This document shows positions 27,885 through 36,224 of a stretch of DNA of 64,000 nucleotides, piece by piece. Under the pieces are notes generated by a model. That model ran no database searches, was not told the origin of the DNA, and saw only the letters and a list, made by a program, of their open reading frames with translations. Made by a program: the position numbers and the translations under genes. The stretch is from an uncultured bacterium (GTDB lineage: Bacteria > Babelota > Babeliae > Babelales > Vermiphilaceae). The stretch is from contig OY969561.1 of assembly GCA_963701085.1 (NCBI GenBank), forward strand, positions 128,001 to 192,000, written 5' to 3'. Position 1 is the first letter of the stretch, and every line of letters begins with the position of its first letter.

Positions 27885-29177
27885 ATGTTTGATTTTCTTT
27901 CACAAAAATTTTCATCATTGTTTTCTGGTCTTGAAAGTACTAAAAAATTAACAGAACAGAACATTCAAGAAGCGCTTGAGGCGGTGCAAGAGGCGCTGTT
28001 GGAGGCCGATGTTCCGTATGGTGTGGTGCAAACATTCATTGCATCAGTAAAAAAGGATGTTGTTGGGCAGAAAATAGTGGGGGCGTTAAAGCCAGCAGAG
28101 CAGTTAATGACGGTGGTTCAGCGTAAGATTGTTGATTTTCTTGGTGGTGATGATGCAACATCGTCATTTTCATTTCCGTCAACCGTGATGGTTATGGGGC
28201 TGCAAGGTTCAGGAAAAACAACGACCATTGGTAAGTTGGCGTATAAAATTAAAAAAGATGCTGAAAAAAATAATATCACTCAAAAAATTCTTGTTGGTTC
28301 AATAGATTTTTATCGTCCGGCAGCAATAGATCAACTTGAAGTGCTTGCACGTCAGGTTGATGTTTCTTTTTACCGTGCACAAAGCACTGATCCAGTTGTG
28401 GCAGCAAAAGAGATTTTTTCTTTTGGCCACAACAATGGCTACCATGTTATTTTGCTTGATACTGCGGGTCGCTTGCACATTGATAATACCATGCTGCAGG
28501 AGTTGCAAGAAGTTGATGCGCTGCTGCGTCCTGCGTATAAAATGTTAGTTCTTGATGCAATGACAGGGCAAGAGTCGCTGGCGGTGGCAAAAGCCTTTGA
28601 TGATACAATAGGATTTCATGGGGCTGTTTTGACTAAGATGGATAGTGATACACGCGGTGGAGCGGCATTTGCATTCCGTTTTGTGTTAAAAAAGCCGATT
28701 GTTTTTGTTGGTGAAGGTGAAAAAGTTACCGATCTTAATACTTTTTATCCTGATCGTGCGGCAGAGCGTATTCTTGGTATGGGCGATATTCGCACCTTAA
28801 TGGAGCGTGCAGAAGAGAAGATTTCTGCTGCTGAGCAAGAAAGGGCGGAAAAGGCGCTTAATTCAGGAACATTCTCATTGCAAGACTTCGCCAATCAGAT
28901 GGCAATGATGAATAAGTTAGGTTCTCTTTCACAATTATTGAAATATATGCCAGGTTTGGGCGCAAAAATTTCTCCTGAAATGATTCAAAGAGGAGAAGTT
29001 GAATTGGTTAGATTCCGTGCAATTATTTCTTCCATGACATTAAAAGAGCGTCTCAATGCCAATATTCTCAATAATTCAAGAATGGAACGGGTTGCAAAAG
29101 GGGCGGGGGTGGCTGTTCCGGATGTGGCTAAGCTATTGAAACGCTTTGAAGAAGCGAAACAATATGTTAAGCTATAA
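27885..29177 (+). CDS. ffh: Signal recognition particle protein Ffh
   Basis: ALLEADV, GLQGSGKTT, DTAGR, TKMD, M domain SMT.KER. Confidence 0.95.
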   Translation: MFDFLSQKFSSLFSGLESTKKLTEQNIQEALEAVQEALLEADVPYGVVQTFIASVKKDVVGQKIVGALKPAEQLMTVVQRKIVDFLGGDDATSSFSFPSTVMVMGLQGSGKTTTIGKLAYKIKKDAEKNNITQKILVGSIDFYRPAAIDQLEVLARQVDVSFYRAQSTDPVVAAKEIFSFGHNNGYHVILLDTAGRLHIDNTMLQELQEVDALLRPAYKMLVLDAMTGQESLAVAKAFDDTIGFHGAVLTKMDSDTRGGAAFAFRFVLKKPIVFVGEGEKVTDLNTFYPDRAAERILGMGDIRTLMERAEEKISAAEQERAEKALNSGTFSLQDFANQMAMMNKLGSLSQLLKYMPGLGAKISPEMIQRGEVELVRFRAIISSMTLKERLNANILNNSRMERVAKGAGVAVPDVAKLLKRFEEAKQYVKL

Positions 29178-29255
29178 AATAAGTTTGGCCTTATTAAAGG
29201 CCTCGTTAATAAGAAGATATGTACATATTTTTCAGTTTTAGTAAGGATACTTTCT

Positions 29256-29573
29256 ATGGCAGTTAAAATTCGTTTGTCCCGTATTGGAACAACAAATCGA
29301 CCTTTCTATCGTGTTATAGCAACTGATGCTCGTAACAAAAGAGATGGTGAGATTCTCGCAAATGTTGGTACTTTTGATCCGATCAATGGTTCTGTAATTC
29401 AATTCCATGAAGATATTTATCAGGCATGGTTGGCTAAGGGTGCAATTGCGACAGATTCAGCAAAAAAAGTTTATCGTTTGTACAAAAAATCTGGTACATC
29501 GACCATAGCTCCCGCTGCAGCTGTAGCAAAAGAATCTGTTCAAGCAGAAAAAACTGCAGAAGAAGCAGTATAA
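29256..29573 (+). CDS. rpsP: 30S ribosomal protein S16
   Basis: MAVKIRL.R.G...RPFYR...RDG. Confidence 0.95.
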   Translation: MAVKIRLSRIGTTNRPFYRVIATDARNKRDGEILANVGTFDPINGSVIQFHEDIYQAWLAKGAIATDSAKKVYRLYKKSGTSTIAPAAAVAKESVQAEKTAEEAV

Positions 29574-29582
29574 GGCGATAGC

Positions 29583-29813
29583 ATGATAAAAGAATTGGTC
29601 ACTTTTGTAGTGCAGCAATTGGTTTCGCATCCACAAGACGTTGTCGTGAGTGTTACTGAAAAAGATGATATAAATCTTTTTGAAATCAAAGTATCACCAG
29701 AAGACCGAGGACGTGTTATTGGAAAAGAAGGGCATACAATTAAATCATTGCGTGCTTTGATTGATGTAGCATCACCTTATGGAAAAAAAGTTTCACTTGA
29801 ACTGTCTCGGTAA
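29583..29813 (+). CDS. khpA: KH-domain RNA-binding protein
   Basis: D.GRVIGKEG.TI..LR; position after rpsP. Confidence 0.9.
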   Translation: MIKELVTFVVQQLVSHPQDVVVSVTEKDDINLFEIKVSPEDRGRVIGKEGHTIKSLRALIDVASPYGKKVSLELSR

Positions 29814-29852
29814 TCCTTCGATACACCCCTACGGGGCACTCAGGATGAGCGC
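29814..29852. repeat. Palindromic repeat type B
   Basis: TCCTTCGATAC-ACCCC TAC GGGGC-ACTCAGGATGAGCGC. Confidence 0.9.
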
Positions 29853-29860
29853 AAAATATA

Positions 29861-31165
29861 ATGAATATATCAATTCTTACTGTTTGTGATCAGTTATATG
29901 AGCCATTTGTGCATACCAGTTTGGTTGGACGTGCGCAAGAAAAAGGGATTGTACATATCGATGTACAATCGTTTTTTACGTATGTACAGCCAAAATCGCG
30001 CATTGATGCGCCTACTTTTGGTCCCGGAGCAGGGATGCTTATTCGTCCTGATGTTGTTCAAAAGGCAATAGAGGATAAAGAGGCTCGTTATGGTAAGGCA
30101 TTTAAGATTTTCTTTTCGCCCCGTGGTGAAAAAATGGATCAGCGTGTCTTTGAAACTATTGCAGCTCGAGCTCAGGAGTTGGGCCATTTGATGATTATAC
30201 CTGCGCGATATGAAGGAATGGATGCGCGTGTAGAAGACGAATACGCAGACATGATTTTATCCGTGGGTGATTTTGTTATTATGGGTGGCGATGTTCCGGC
30301 AATGTTACTCATTGAAGGCGTGCTACGCTTAATGCCTCAGGTTGTAGGTAAAGAAGAATCAGTGTGCCGTGAATCGTTTAACGGTCCGTTCGTTGATTTT
30401 CCATCATATACTGAGCCTGTTGAGTGGAAGGGTAAGCGAGTTCCTGACGTGCTTCGTTCCGGTAATCATGCAGCTATTGAAAAATGGCGCAGTGAACATT
30501 CGGTACAAAAGACCGTACGGGAGCATTTTTTATGGTTACGCTCTCAGGCACTTACTGATAATGATAAAAAGTTAGCGCGTCAGTATATTCCTTCTCATTA
30601 TGTCGCTCTTATGCACAGCGATGTGCTTGTTGGGCAAGAGAGAAAGCCTGGTTTTACATCGGTGACATCTATTGATATTCATGATATTGCACGGTCATCA
30701 AAGACGTATGGTGTAAAAGAATTTTTTATTGTAACACCATTGCTTGATCAGCAAAAAATTGTTCAAAAGATGCTTGATTTTTGGAAAAAAGGAATTGGGT
30801 TTGAGTACAATAGGTGTCGTTATGATGCCATTCAATTGGTACAGCTTATTGAATCTCTGAATGAAGTTATTAAAAAAATAGAAGAACGTGAAGGTAAAAA
30901 GCCGCTTGTTGTGGCAACATCAGCTCAGCTCGGTGATGCACAGCAGGTTGTTTCTTTTTATGACCAAAAAAAGGTATGGGCAAGTGATAGGCCGGTATTG
31001 ATGATTTTTGGTACAGGCCAGGGGCTTTCGCCATCAATCATTGAGCAATGTGATTATCTTTTATTGCCGATTGATGGGTTTTCTGAGTTTAATCATTTAT
31101 CAGTACGATCAGCCGTTGCGATTATTCTTGATAGGTGGCTTGGGGTTAGCCCACAACGAGCTTGA
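29861..31165 (+). CDS. trmD: tRNA m1G37 methyltransferase TrmD fused to a second SPOUT-like RNA methyltransferase domain
   Basis: FGPGAGM, RYEGMD.R, SVGDFV..GG, L.SGNH; C-terminal D.HDIARS..TYG, FGTG.GL, FNHLSVRSA.AI.LDR. Confidence 0.9.
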   Translation: MNISILTVCDQLYEPFVHTSLVGRAQEKGIVHIDVQSFFTYVQPKSRIDAPTFGPGAGMLIRPDVVQKAIEDKEARYGKAFKIFFSPRGEKMDQRVFETIAARAQELGHLMIIPARYEGMDARVEDEYADMILSVGDFVIMGGDVPAMLLIEGVLRLMPQVVGKEESVCRESFNGPFVDFPSYTEPVEWKGKRVPDVLRSGNHAAIEKWRSEHSVQKTVREHFLWLRSQALTDNDKKLARQYIPSHYVALMHSDVLVGQERKPGFTSVTSIDIHDIARSSKTYGVKEFFIVTPLLDQQKIVQKMLDFWKKGIGFEYNRCRYDAIQLVQLIESLNEVIKKIEEREGKKPLVVATSAQLGDAQQVVSFYDQKKVWASDRPVLMIFGTGQGLSPSIIEQCDYLLLPIDGFSEFNHLSVRSAVAIILDRWLGVSPQRA

Positions 31166-31216
31166 GGTAATATCATTTTTGGGTTATATTTAAAAATATT
31201 TATATGAACACGATGT

Positions 31217-31246
31217 GCCCTTCCGAAACTTTAGTAAAAGTAGGGC
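31217..31246. repeat. Degenerate type C repeat upstream of rplS
   Basis: GCCCTTCCGAAACTTTAGTAAAAGTAGGGC resembles CCGAAGCTTTAGCGAAGG. Confidence 0.5.
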
Positions 31247-31261
31247 GAAAGAGGATCTCGC

Positions 31262-31684
31262 ATGAAAGCAGCATTTTACACAAAAGAAACGATTCGCAGT
31301 ATTGGTATGAAAAACCGTGAACTTCCAACATTTGGAATTGGTGACACGGTTGTTGTATCGCAAAGTATTAAAGAAGCAGGAAAAGAGCGCTTACAAGCAT
31401 TCCAGGGCAATGTCATTGCAATTCACAAAAAAGGCGTATCGAGCACCTTTATTGTGCGTAAAATTGCTGACAATTCAATTGCCGTAGAACGTATTTTTCC
31501 TTTCTTTTCACCGCTTATTAAAGAAGTAAAAGTACTTGGTAAAGGTGATGTTCGTCGTGCTAAGTTATATTACCTTCGTAAAAGAGTTGGTAAAGCAGCA
31601 CAAGTTAAGCAAGTTGTTGAAACAAAAGCTTCAATTGCAAAACGCAAAGCAGATCAAAAAGCGACTGTTGCTGCGTCTGAGTAA
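31262..31684 (+). CDS. rplS: 50S ribosomal protein L19
   Basis: GDTV.V, KERLQ.F.G, VERIFP..SP, VRRAKLYYLR. Confidence 0.95.
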   Translation: MKAAFYTKETIRSIGMKNRELPTFGIGDTVVVSQSIKEAGKERLQAFQGNVIAIHKKGVSSTFIVRKIADNSIAVERIFPFFSPLIKEVKVLGKGDVRRAKLYYLRKRVGKAAQVKQVVETKASIAKRKADQKATVAASE

Positions 31685-31686
31685 TT

Positions 31687-32172
31687 ATGAATCCTATCAG
31701 AGGGGATTTGGTAGTCGTACGTTGCGTTATGATTATGTTTTGTTTGCTTTTTTCCTCTTGCACAAAACAACAATCATGTCGGCAAAAAAAAGGTATTGAA
31801 CAATTGCGTGATACAGCTCAAGAAGATTATCTTGATACTGTTATTCAGCAGGAAGCAATGCTCGTCGATGTTCCAATTCCCCTTTATGATGAACGCATTA
31901 TCCCATCATTTTCTCATGCTCCTGAATCCGATACATTAACTTTTGGTTATAAAAGTCCATTATCTCGCGAACAAGCAATTGATTTTTTTCTCAATCAGAT
32001 GGAACGATTAGGGTGGAAACATCTTGTCATTTTTGAAGGTGTTGAATCATTATTGCAGTTCGAAAGTCCCGATCGCTATTGCACTGTTGTTATAAAAAAT
32101 TCTGACATCTCATCATCAAGCACATGCATTTTTATCTATATAAAAAGAGCAAGCACGGATGCTTGCTCTTGA
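31687..32172 (+). CDS. Putative lipoprotein
   Basis: Lipobox-like FSSC; D.PIP and QMERLGW motifs. Confidence 0.55.
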   Translation: MNPIRGDLVVVRCVMIMFCLLFSSCTKQQSCRQKKGIEQLRDTAQEDYLDTVIQQEAMLVDVPIPLYDERIIPSFSHAPESDTLTFGYKSPLSREQAIDFFLNQMERLGWKHLVIFEGVESLLQFESPDRYCTVVIKNSDISSSSTCIFIYIKRASTDACS

Positions 32173-32204
32173 TAGTGGGTTTAGGATGGAGAGTTATGAT
32201 GAAT

Positions 32205-32564
32205 TTATCTTTTGCGCAGTTGTTTTTGTAACACGCTTATTTCTTCTTTTAATGCCTCATTTTCATCCATACAGTCTTCAAGTTGTTGTTTTATTGAACG
32301 ATGTTTTCGGCGTGCTTTGCGCGCTTGTTGTGTTTCATAATTATCATAATCGTATCTGCGACGACTACTTGCTACCATTGAACCAACTGCAAGTCCTCCT
32401 AGAGCACCATAGGCCGCTCCTCTGCCGCCACCAGCGAGTCCGCCAATTGCAGCACCAGTTAGGACAGGGGTTGTGATATCTCTACCATAATCACAATGAG
32501 TTGGGAGGTTAGCAAAGCCTAAGCAGCTGAAAAGAAAAAAAGTAACTTTTTTCATGTTTTTCAT
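32205..32564 (-). CDS. Small secreted glycine-zipper protein
   Basis: Signal; GAAIGGLAGGGRGAAYGALGGLAVG; coiled-coil tail. Confidence 0.75.
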   Translation of the reverse strand: MKNMKKVTFFLFSCLGFANLPTHCDYGRDITTPVLTGAAIGGLAGGGRGAAYGALGGLAVGSMVASSRRRYDYDNYETQQARKARRKHRSIKQQLEDCMDENEALKEEISVLQKQLRKR

Positions 32565-32578
32565 ATGTGTAGTTCCTT

Positions 32579-32878
32579 TTATTCTCTATTTCTTGCTCGT
32601 GCAGCACGTCTTTCTTCGCGTCGAGCTTCACGCTCGTTTCTTCTCTCTTCTCTTCTTTCTCTTCCACCAAATAATCCGCCAACAACACCAGTAGTAACAT
32701 CAGCCGCACCTTCAACAGTACGTTCGGCCGCATAACCAGTATCTTCAACAACATCGCCTACATTGTAACCTGGTCTAATTCCGTGATGGTAAACACCAGC
32801 TTCATCATACCAACCAGCAGATACAGCCGAAACAGTTGCTATAGCAACGAATAATGCGATTAGTTTTTTGTTCATCAT
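32579..32878 (-). CDS. Small secreted protein with Arg/Glu-rich tail
   Basis: Signal ...VSA; RREERRNEREARREERR. Confidence 0.7.
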   Translation of the reverse strand: MMNKKLIALFVAIATVSAVSAGWYDEAGVYHHGIRPGYNVGDVVEDTGYAAERTVEGAADVTTGVVGGLFGGRERREERRNEREARREERRAARARNRE

Positions 32879-32904
32879 GAGTGGACTCCTTCAATTAATA
32901 CGGT

Positions 32905-33219
32905 TTATGAATTCTTCAATCTTCGATCTTCTTTTTTTCTTTGAATCTTTTCTTGTTTCTCTTGATATTTTCTTTGAGATTCTCTTCTTTGGTCTTCTCT
33001 TTTTTGTTGAGCTTTTCTCTCTTTATCTTTTAATTCGCGAGACGCTTCTTTTCGCGCCTGCGTGTCTTGTGGCTCATCGGAAAATCTACCGAGAGTTGCG
33101 ACATCAAGAGCTTCTGTAACAATATCTTCATGCCAGTTGCCGTATTGGTCATAGTACGCAGATGCAACTGAGACACCTGCGAGGGCAATGAGAACAATAA
33201 GACTATTGATATTCTTCAT
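32905..33219 (-). CDS. Small secreted protein with charged tail
   Basis: AAGGAG RBS; signal ...ASA; YDxxGxWH motif shared with its neighbour. Confidence 0.7.
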   Translation of the reverse strand: MKNINSLIVLIALAGVSVASAYYDQYGNWHEDIVTEALDVATLGRFSDEPQDTQARKEASRELKDKERKAQQKREDQRRESQRKYQEKQEKIQRKKEDRRLKNS

Positions 33220-33345
33220 GTACTATCTCCTTTATTTATAGAGTATTTTGTATTCTCTTTTATAATACAGATAGAAATATAACAATAGCAATAGTTTAAT
33301 TGTTTTTTTTTAAAAAAATATTAAATGAGCGATTGGATCGTCTTT

Positions 33346-34800
33346 TTACTCAGCAATTTTGTGGGCGATAAGATGCATTTTTCCTGCTCCAAGGAATAAA
33401 ATAAGGTCATTTTTGGCGGCAGATCGTTCTATTGCCTGTTTTATTTGCGTGAAATCATCTTCAAATGGGACATATTGAATAATAAAGGGGGGGTTGAGGG
33501 CTGTCAGTTCTTGTACAAACCGTTCGCTGGTGATTGTTGGGATGGGATACTCTCCGGCGGAGTAAATATCGGTAAAAATGAGGGTGTCGATAGCGCTTGT
33601 GGCAAAGGTGGTGAGAAAATCATTCCATAATTTTTGGGTACGAGTGTAGCGGTGTGGCTGAAATACCACGATGAGTTTATTATGTGCTCGTTTACGAGCG
33701 ACCTTCAGTGTATATTCAATTTCTTTTGGATGATGACCATAGTCATCAAAGATTTCAGCGCCTTTGTAGGTGCCATGGAATGAAAATCGTCGCTCAACAC
33801 CACCAAAAGTGGCTAAGCTCTTTGCAATTATTTCAAAAGAGATTTCAAGTTCTTGCGCAAGTGCAATTGCTGCTAATGCATTATAAACGTTATGCAAGCC
33901 GGGCATTGGTAGCATGATAGTGCCAAGCGGGGTGAGATTATTTTTTGTGTGTACGGTAAACAGTGAGTGATCAGCGTTGAGAATGATATCCTGTGCATAA
34001 AAATCTGCGTGCCTGTCCGCCCCTTCGACGGAGCTCAGGATAAACTCCGCTTTAGCGAAGGAGGATTCTATGCCGTATGATATTGTTTTAACATGGTCAA
34101 GGGGCATGAGCGAGCGTATGTTTTCGTCATCAATACATACAATTGCTTTGCCATCAACAGGAAGATTGTTAAGGAATTGTTTAAAACATTGTTTGATATC
34201 ATCTAAGTCAGTGTATGTTTCCAGGTGTTCCAAATCAATATTGGTGATGACTGCAAGCGTTGCATGTAGTTGTAAAAAAGAGCGATCACTTTCATCAGCT
34301 TCAGCGACCAAAAAATCACCTTTGCCCATGCGAGCGTTAGATGAAAGATTTTTTAATTGTCCGCCAATGACAACAGTCGGATCCATTTTTGCTTCAATTA
34401 AGATGTGGGAGATGAGAGAGGTTGTTGTTGTTTTTCCATGCGATCCAGCAATTGCTATGCTATATTTTGTGCGCATAAGTTCCGCGAGCATGCATGCGCG
34501 GGAAATTGTTGGAATGCCACGCGCTTGAGCTTGTGCAATTTCCGCCGTTACTGCCGGAATTGTGGTGGCATACATGGGGATGTAGACAAGGGTATCAATG
34601 GTTGCATCATTACACTCAATTGAGTTGTTGCCTTTATATACCGTGCAATCGAGACTTCTCAGCTGCGCAACGGTATCCTGCTCAGTATCAGGATCACATC
34701 CAGAAATGGTGTAACCACTTTGCTTTAAGATGGTGGCTATACCACTCATTCCTATTCCGCCAATACCAACAAAATGAATGTGTGATTTTTTTGTATACAT
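33346..34800 (-). CDS. murC: UDP-N-acetylmuramate--L-alanine ligase with 18-aa repeat-derived insert
   Basis: IHFVGIGGIGMSG, GSHGKTTT, EADESD.SF, DDYGHHP.E, FQPHRYTRT. Confidence 0.95.
   Translation of the reverse strand: MYTKKSHIHFVGIGGIGMSGIATILKQSGYTISGCDPDTEQDTVAQLRSLDCTVYKGNNSIECNDATIDTLVYIPMYATTIPAVTAEIAQAQARGIPTISRACMLAELMRTKYSIAIAGSHGKTTTTSLISHILIEAKMDPTVVIGGQLKNLSSNARMGKGDFLVAEADESDRSFLQLHATLAVITNIDLEHLETYTDLDDIKQCFKQFLNNLPVDGKAIVCIDDENIRSLMPLDHVKTISYGIESSFAKAEFILSSVEGADRHADFYAQDIILNADHSLFTVHTKNNLTPLGTIMLPMPGLHNVYNALAAIALAQELEISFEIIAKSLATFGGVERRFSFHGTYKGAEIFDDYGHHPKEIEYTLKVARKRAHNKLIVVFQPHRYTRTQKLWNDFLTTFATSAIDTLIFTDIYSAGEYPIPTITSERFVQELTALNPPFIIQYVPFEDDFTQIKQAIERSAAKNDLILFLGAGKMHLIAHKIAE
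34012..34065. repeat. Type C repeat with a nested type D repeat, in frame in murC
   Basis: CCTGTCCGCC[CCTTCGACGGAGCTCAGGATAAACTCC]GCTTTAGCGAAGGAGGA = 54 nt = SSFAKAEFILSSVEGADR. Confidence 0.9.
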
Positions 34801-34888
34801 AGAAGTGCTTTGCATCTAAAATATGTTAATCTATTCATTAATTTATATGTTTTTAAAAACACTGCAACGTGAGATGGAGATGCTATTT

Positions 34889-35708
34889 ATGAAAAAATAT
34901 AGTGGAGTATTGTTATTGTTTATTGTTCAAAATATTTATGCAATGGAATTGGATCCCTTTGATAGATGTATCGAATATGATGGTAAATGTCAGTTAGTTG
35001 CCAAGTATTTGTATAAATATCCCAAAGGAAAAAATAAGAACGAAGCATGGCAAATTGAACGTTTTTTGGAAGATACGATATCAGAATGTGTAACTATTTT
35101 GCCATGGCAGGTCAAAAAATATAAAAATATTTTAGCAACTAAGGACGCCGAAGAATATTTGCATGCTATCTATAAAGAGGAACTTTCACAGGATTTAAGG
35201 CAGAAGATTTTTACACAAGCATTATCTTATTCGGCCGAAGACTATTATGCTACTCATAATAGTCTTCAATTTTTAGAGAAATGCCAACCATGGGGTCTTC
35301 CACGTTATAATTCTTCTGCCATAAAAAATTTTTACAAACCATATTTTTTGGCTGAGATACATGAAGAAGATGTTTGTATGCATTTTTCCGGTTTAGATGA
35401 TAATGTGCCAAAGAGTACAAGACTTCAACACAGTTAAACTTGTTAATACTGCAGGACAGCTTGTTAACAGATGCTCGGTTGGTTATGACTGTGAGATGAA
35501 ATTAATAAGAAAATTAATTTCTTTTTTGGATAAAAAAGATGAAAGAGTAAATAAGTTTAAAATAATGTTTAATCATTACATTGAACAACTTTCTCAGATA
35601 AATGAGGAAGAAAATGGTGTTAACATGTTTACTTTCCTTCTCAGCCAGTTTAAAGATTTAACAAAGCATATTGTATATCTTTATACAGGAAGAGATCGAT
35701 TAACATAA
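34889..35708 (+). CDS. Secreted hypothetical protein, probably one gene split by a frameshift near 35400-35437
   Basis: Signal MKKYSG...IYA|ME; overlapping ORF 35397..35708 has no obvious RBS. Confidence 0.55.
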
Positions 35709-35711
35709 AAA

Positions 35712-36104
35712 TTACAGCATCTCTCGTAATTTACGCAATTTATCCTTTAGATCGATAATTTGCTGCGAGAGGTGTTCAATTTTATCATGTTCAAGAGTAT
35801 TGATGATTGTTTTTTTGGGTTCATCCATGGTTGTTTTTTGTGAAGCAATGATAGATTCACCTTTTGCTGATATCTTTTCTCTCAGTTTCTTTTTTGCTCC
35901 GGAAATGGTGAAGCCTTCTTCGTAAAGAAGTCGTTTGATTAATTCAAATCTTTTAAGATCATTTTCGTCATAGAAGCGTTGGCTGCCTTGAGAGCGCTTT
36001 GTTTTTATACTAAATTCTTTTTCCCAAAAACGTACAACGAAGCGTTCAACTTCAAGTTTAGTTGCGAGTTCACCAATGCGGAATTTTCTTTTTTGCATTT
36101 TCAT
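35712..36104 (-). CDS. MerR-family HTH transcriptional regulator
   Basis: FRIGELA..L.V...V.RFWEKEF, R.Y...D, LLYEEGFTI.GAK. Confidence 0.9.
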   Translation of the reverse strand: MKMQKRKFRIGELATKLEVERFVVRFWEKEFSIKTKRSQGSQRFYDENDLKRFELIKRLLYEEGFTISGAKKKLREKISAKGESIIASQKTTMDEPKKTIINTLEHDKIEHLSQQIIDLKDKLRKLREML

Positions 36105-36224
36105 AATAAATCTTCCTTTTTTTATTTTTTCATAGCTTTTAAGTTGTGGAGTGCGCTAGATGAAAGATCTTTTTCATGGTATCATTAATGTGATAAATTA
36201 GTCAATTTTTATGAAGGTGCCGGT

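Noticed and set aside
5695-34065. Palindromic repeats as a CRISPR array or integron attC sites
   Set aside because: They are dispersed, have no regular spacers, no cas or integrase gene and no RYYYAAC/GTTRRRY ends, and several lie inside core genes.
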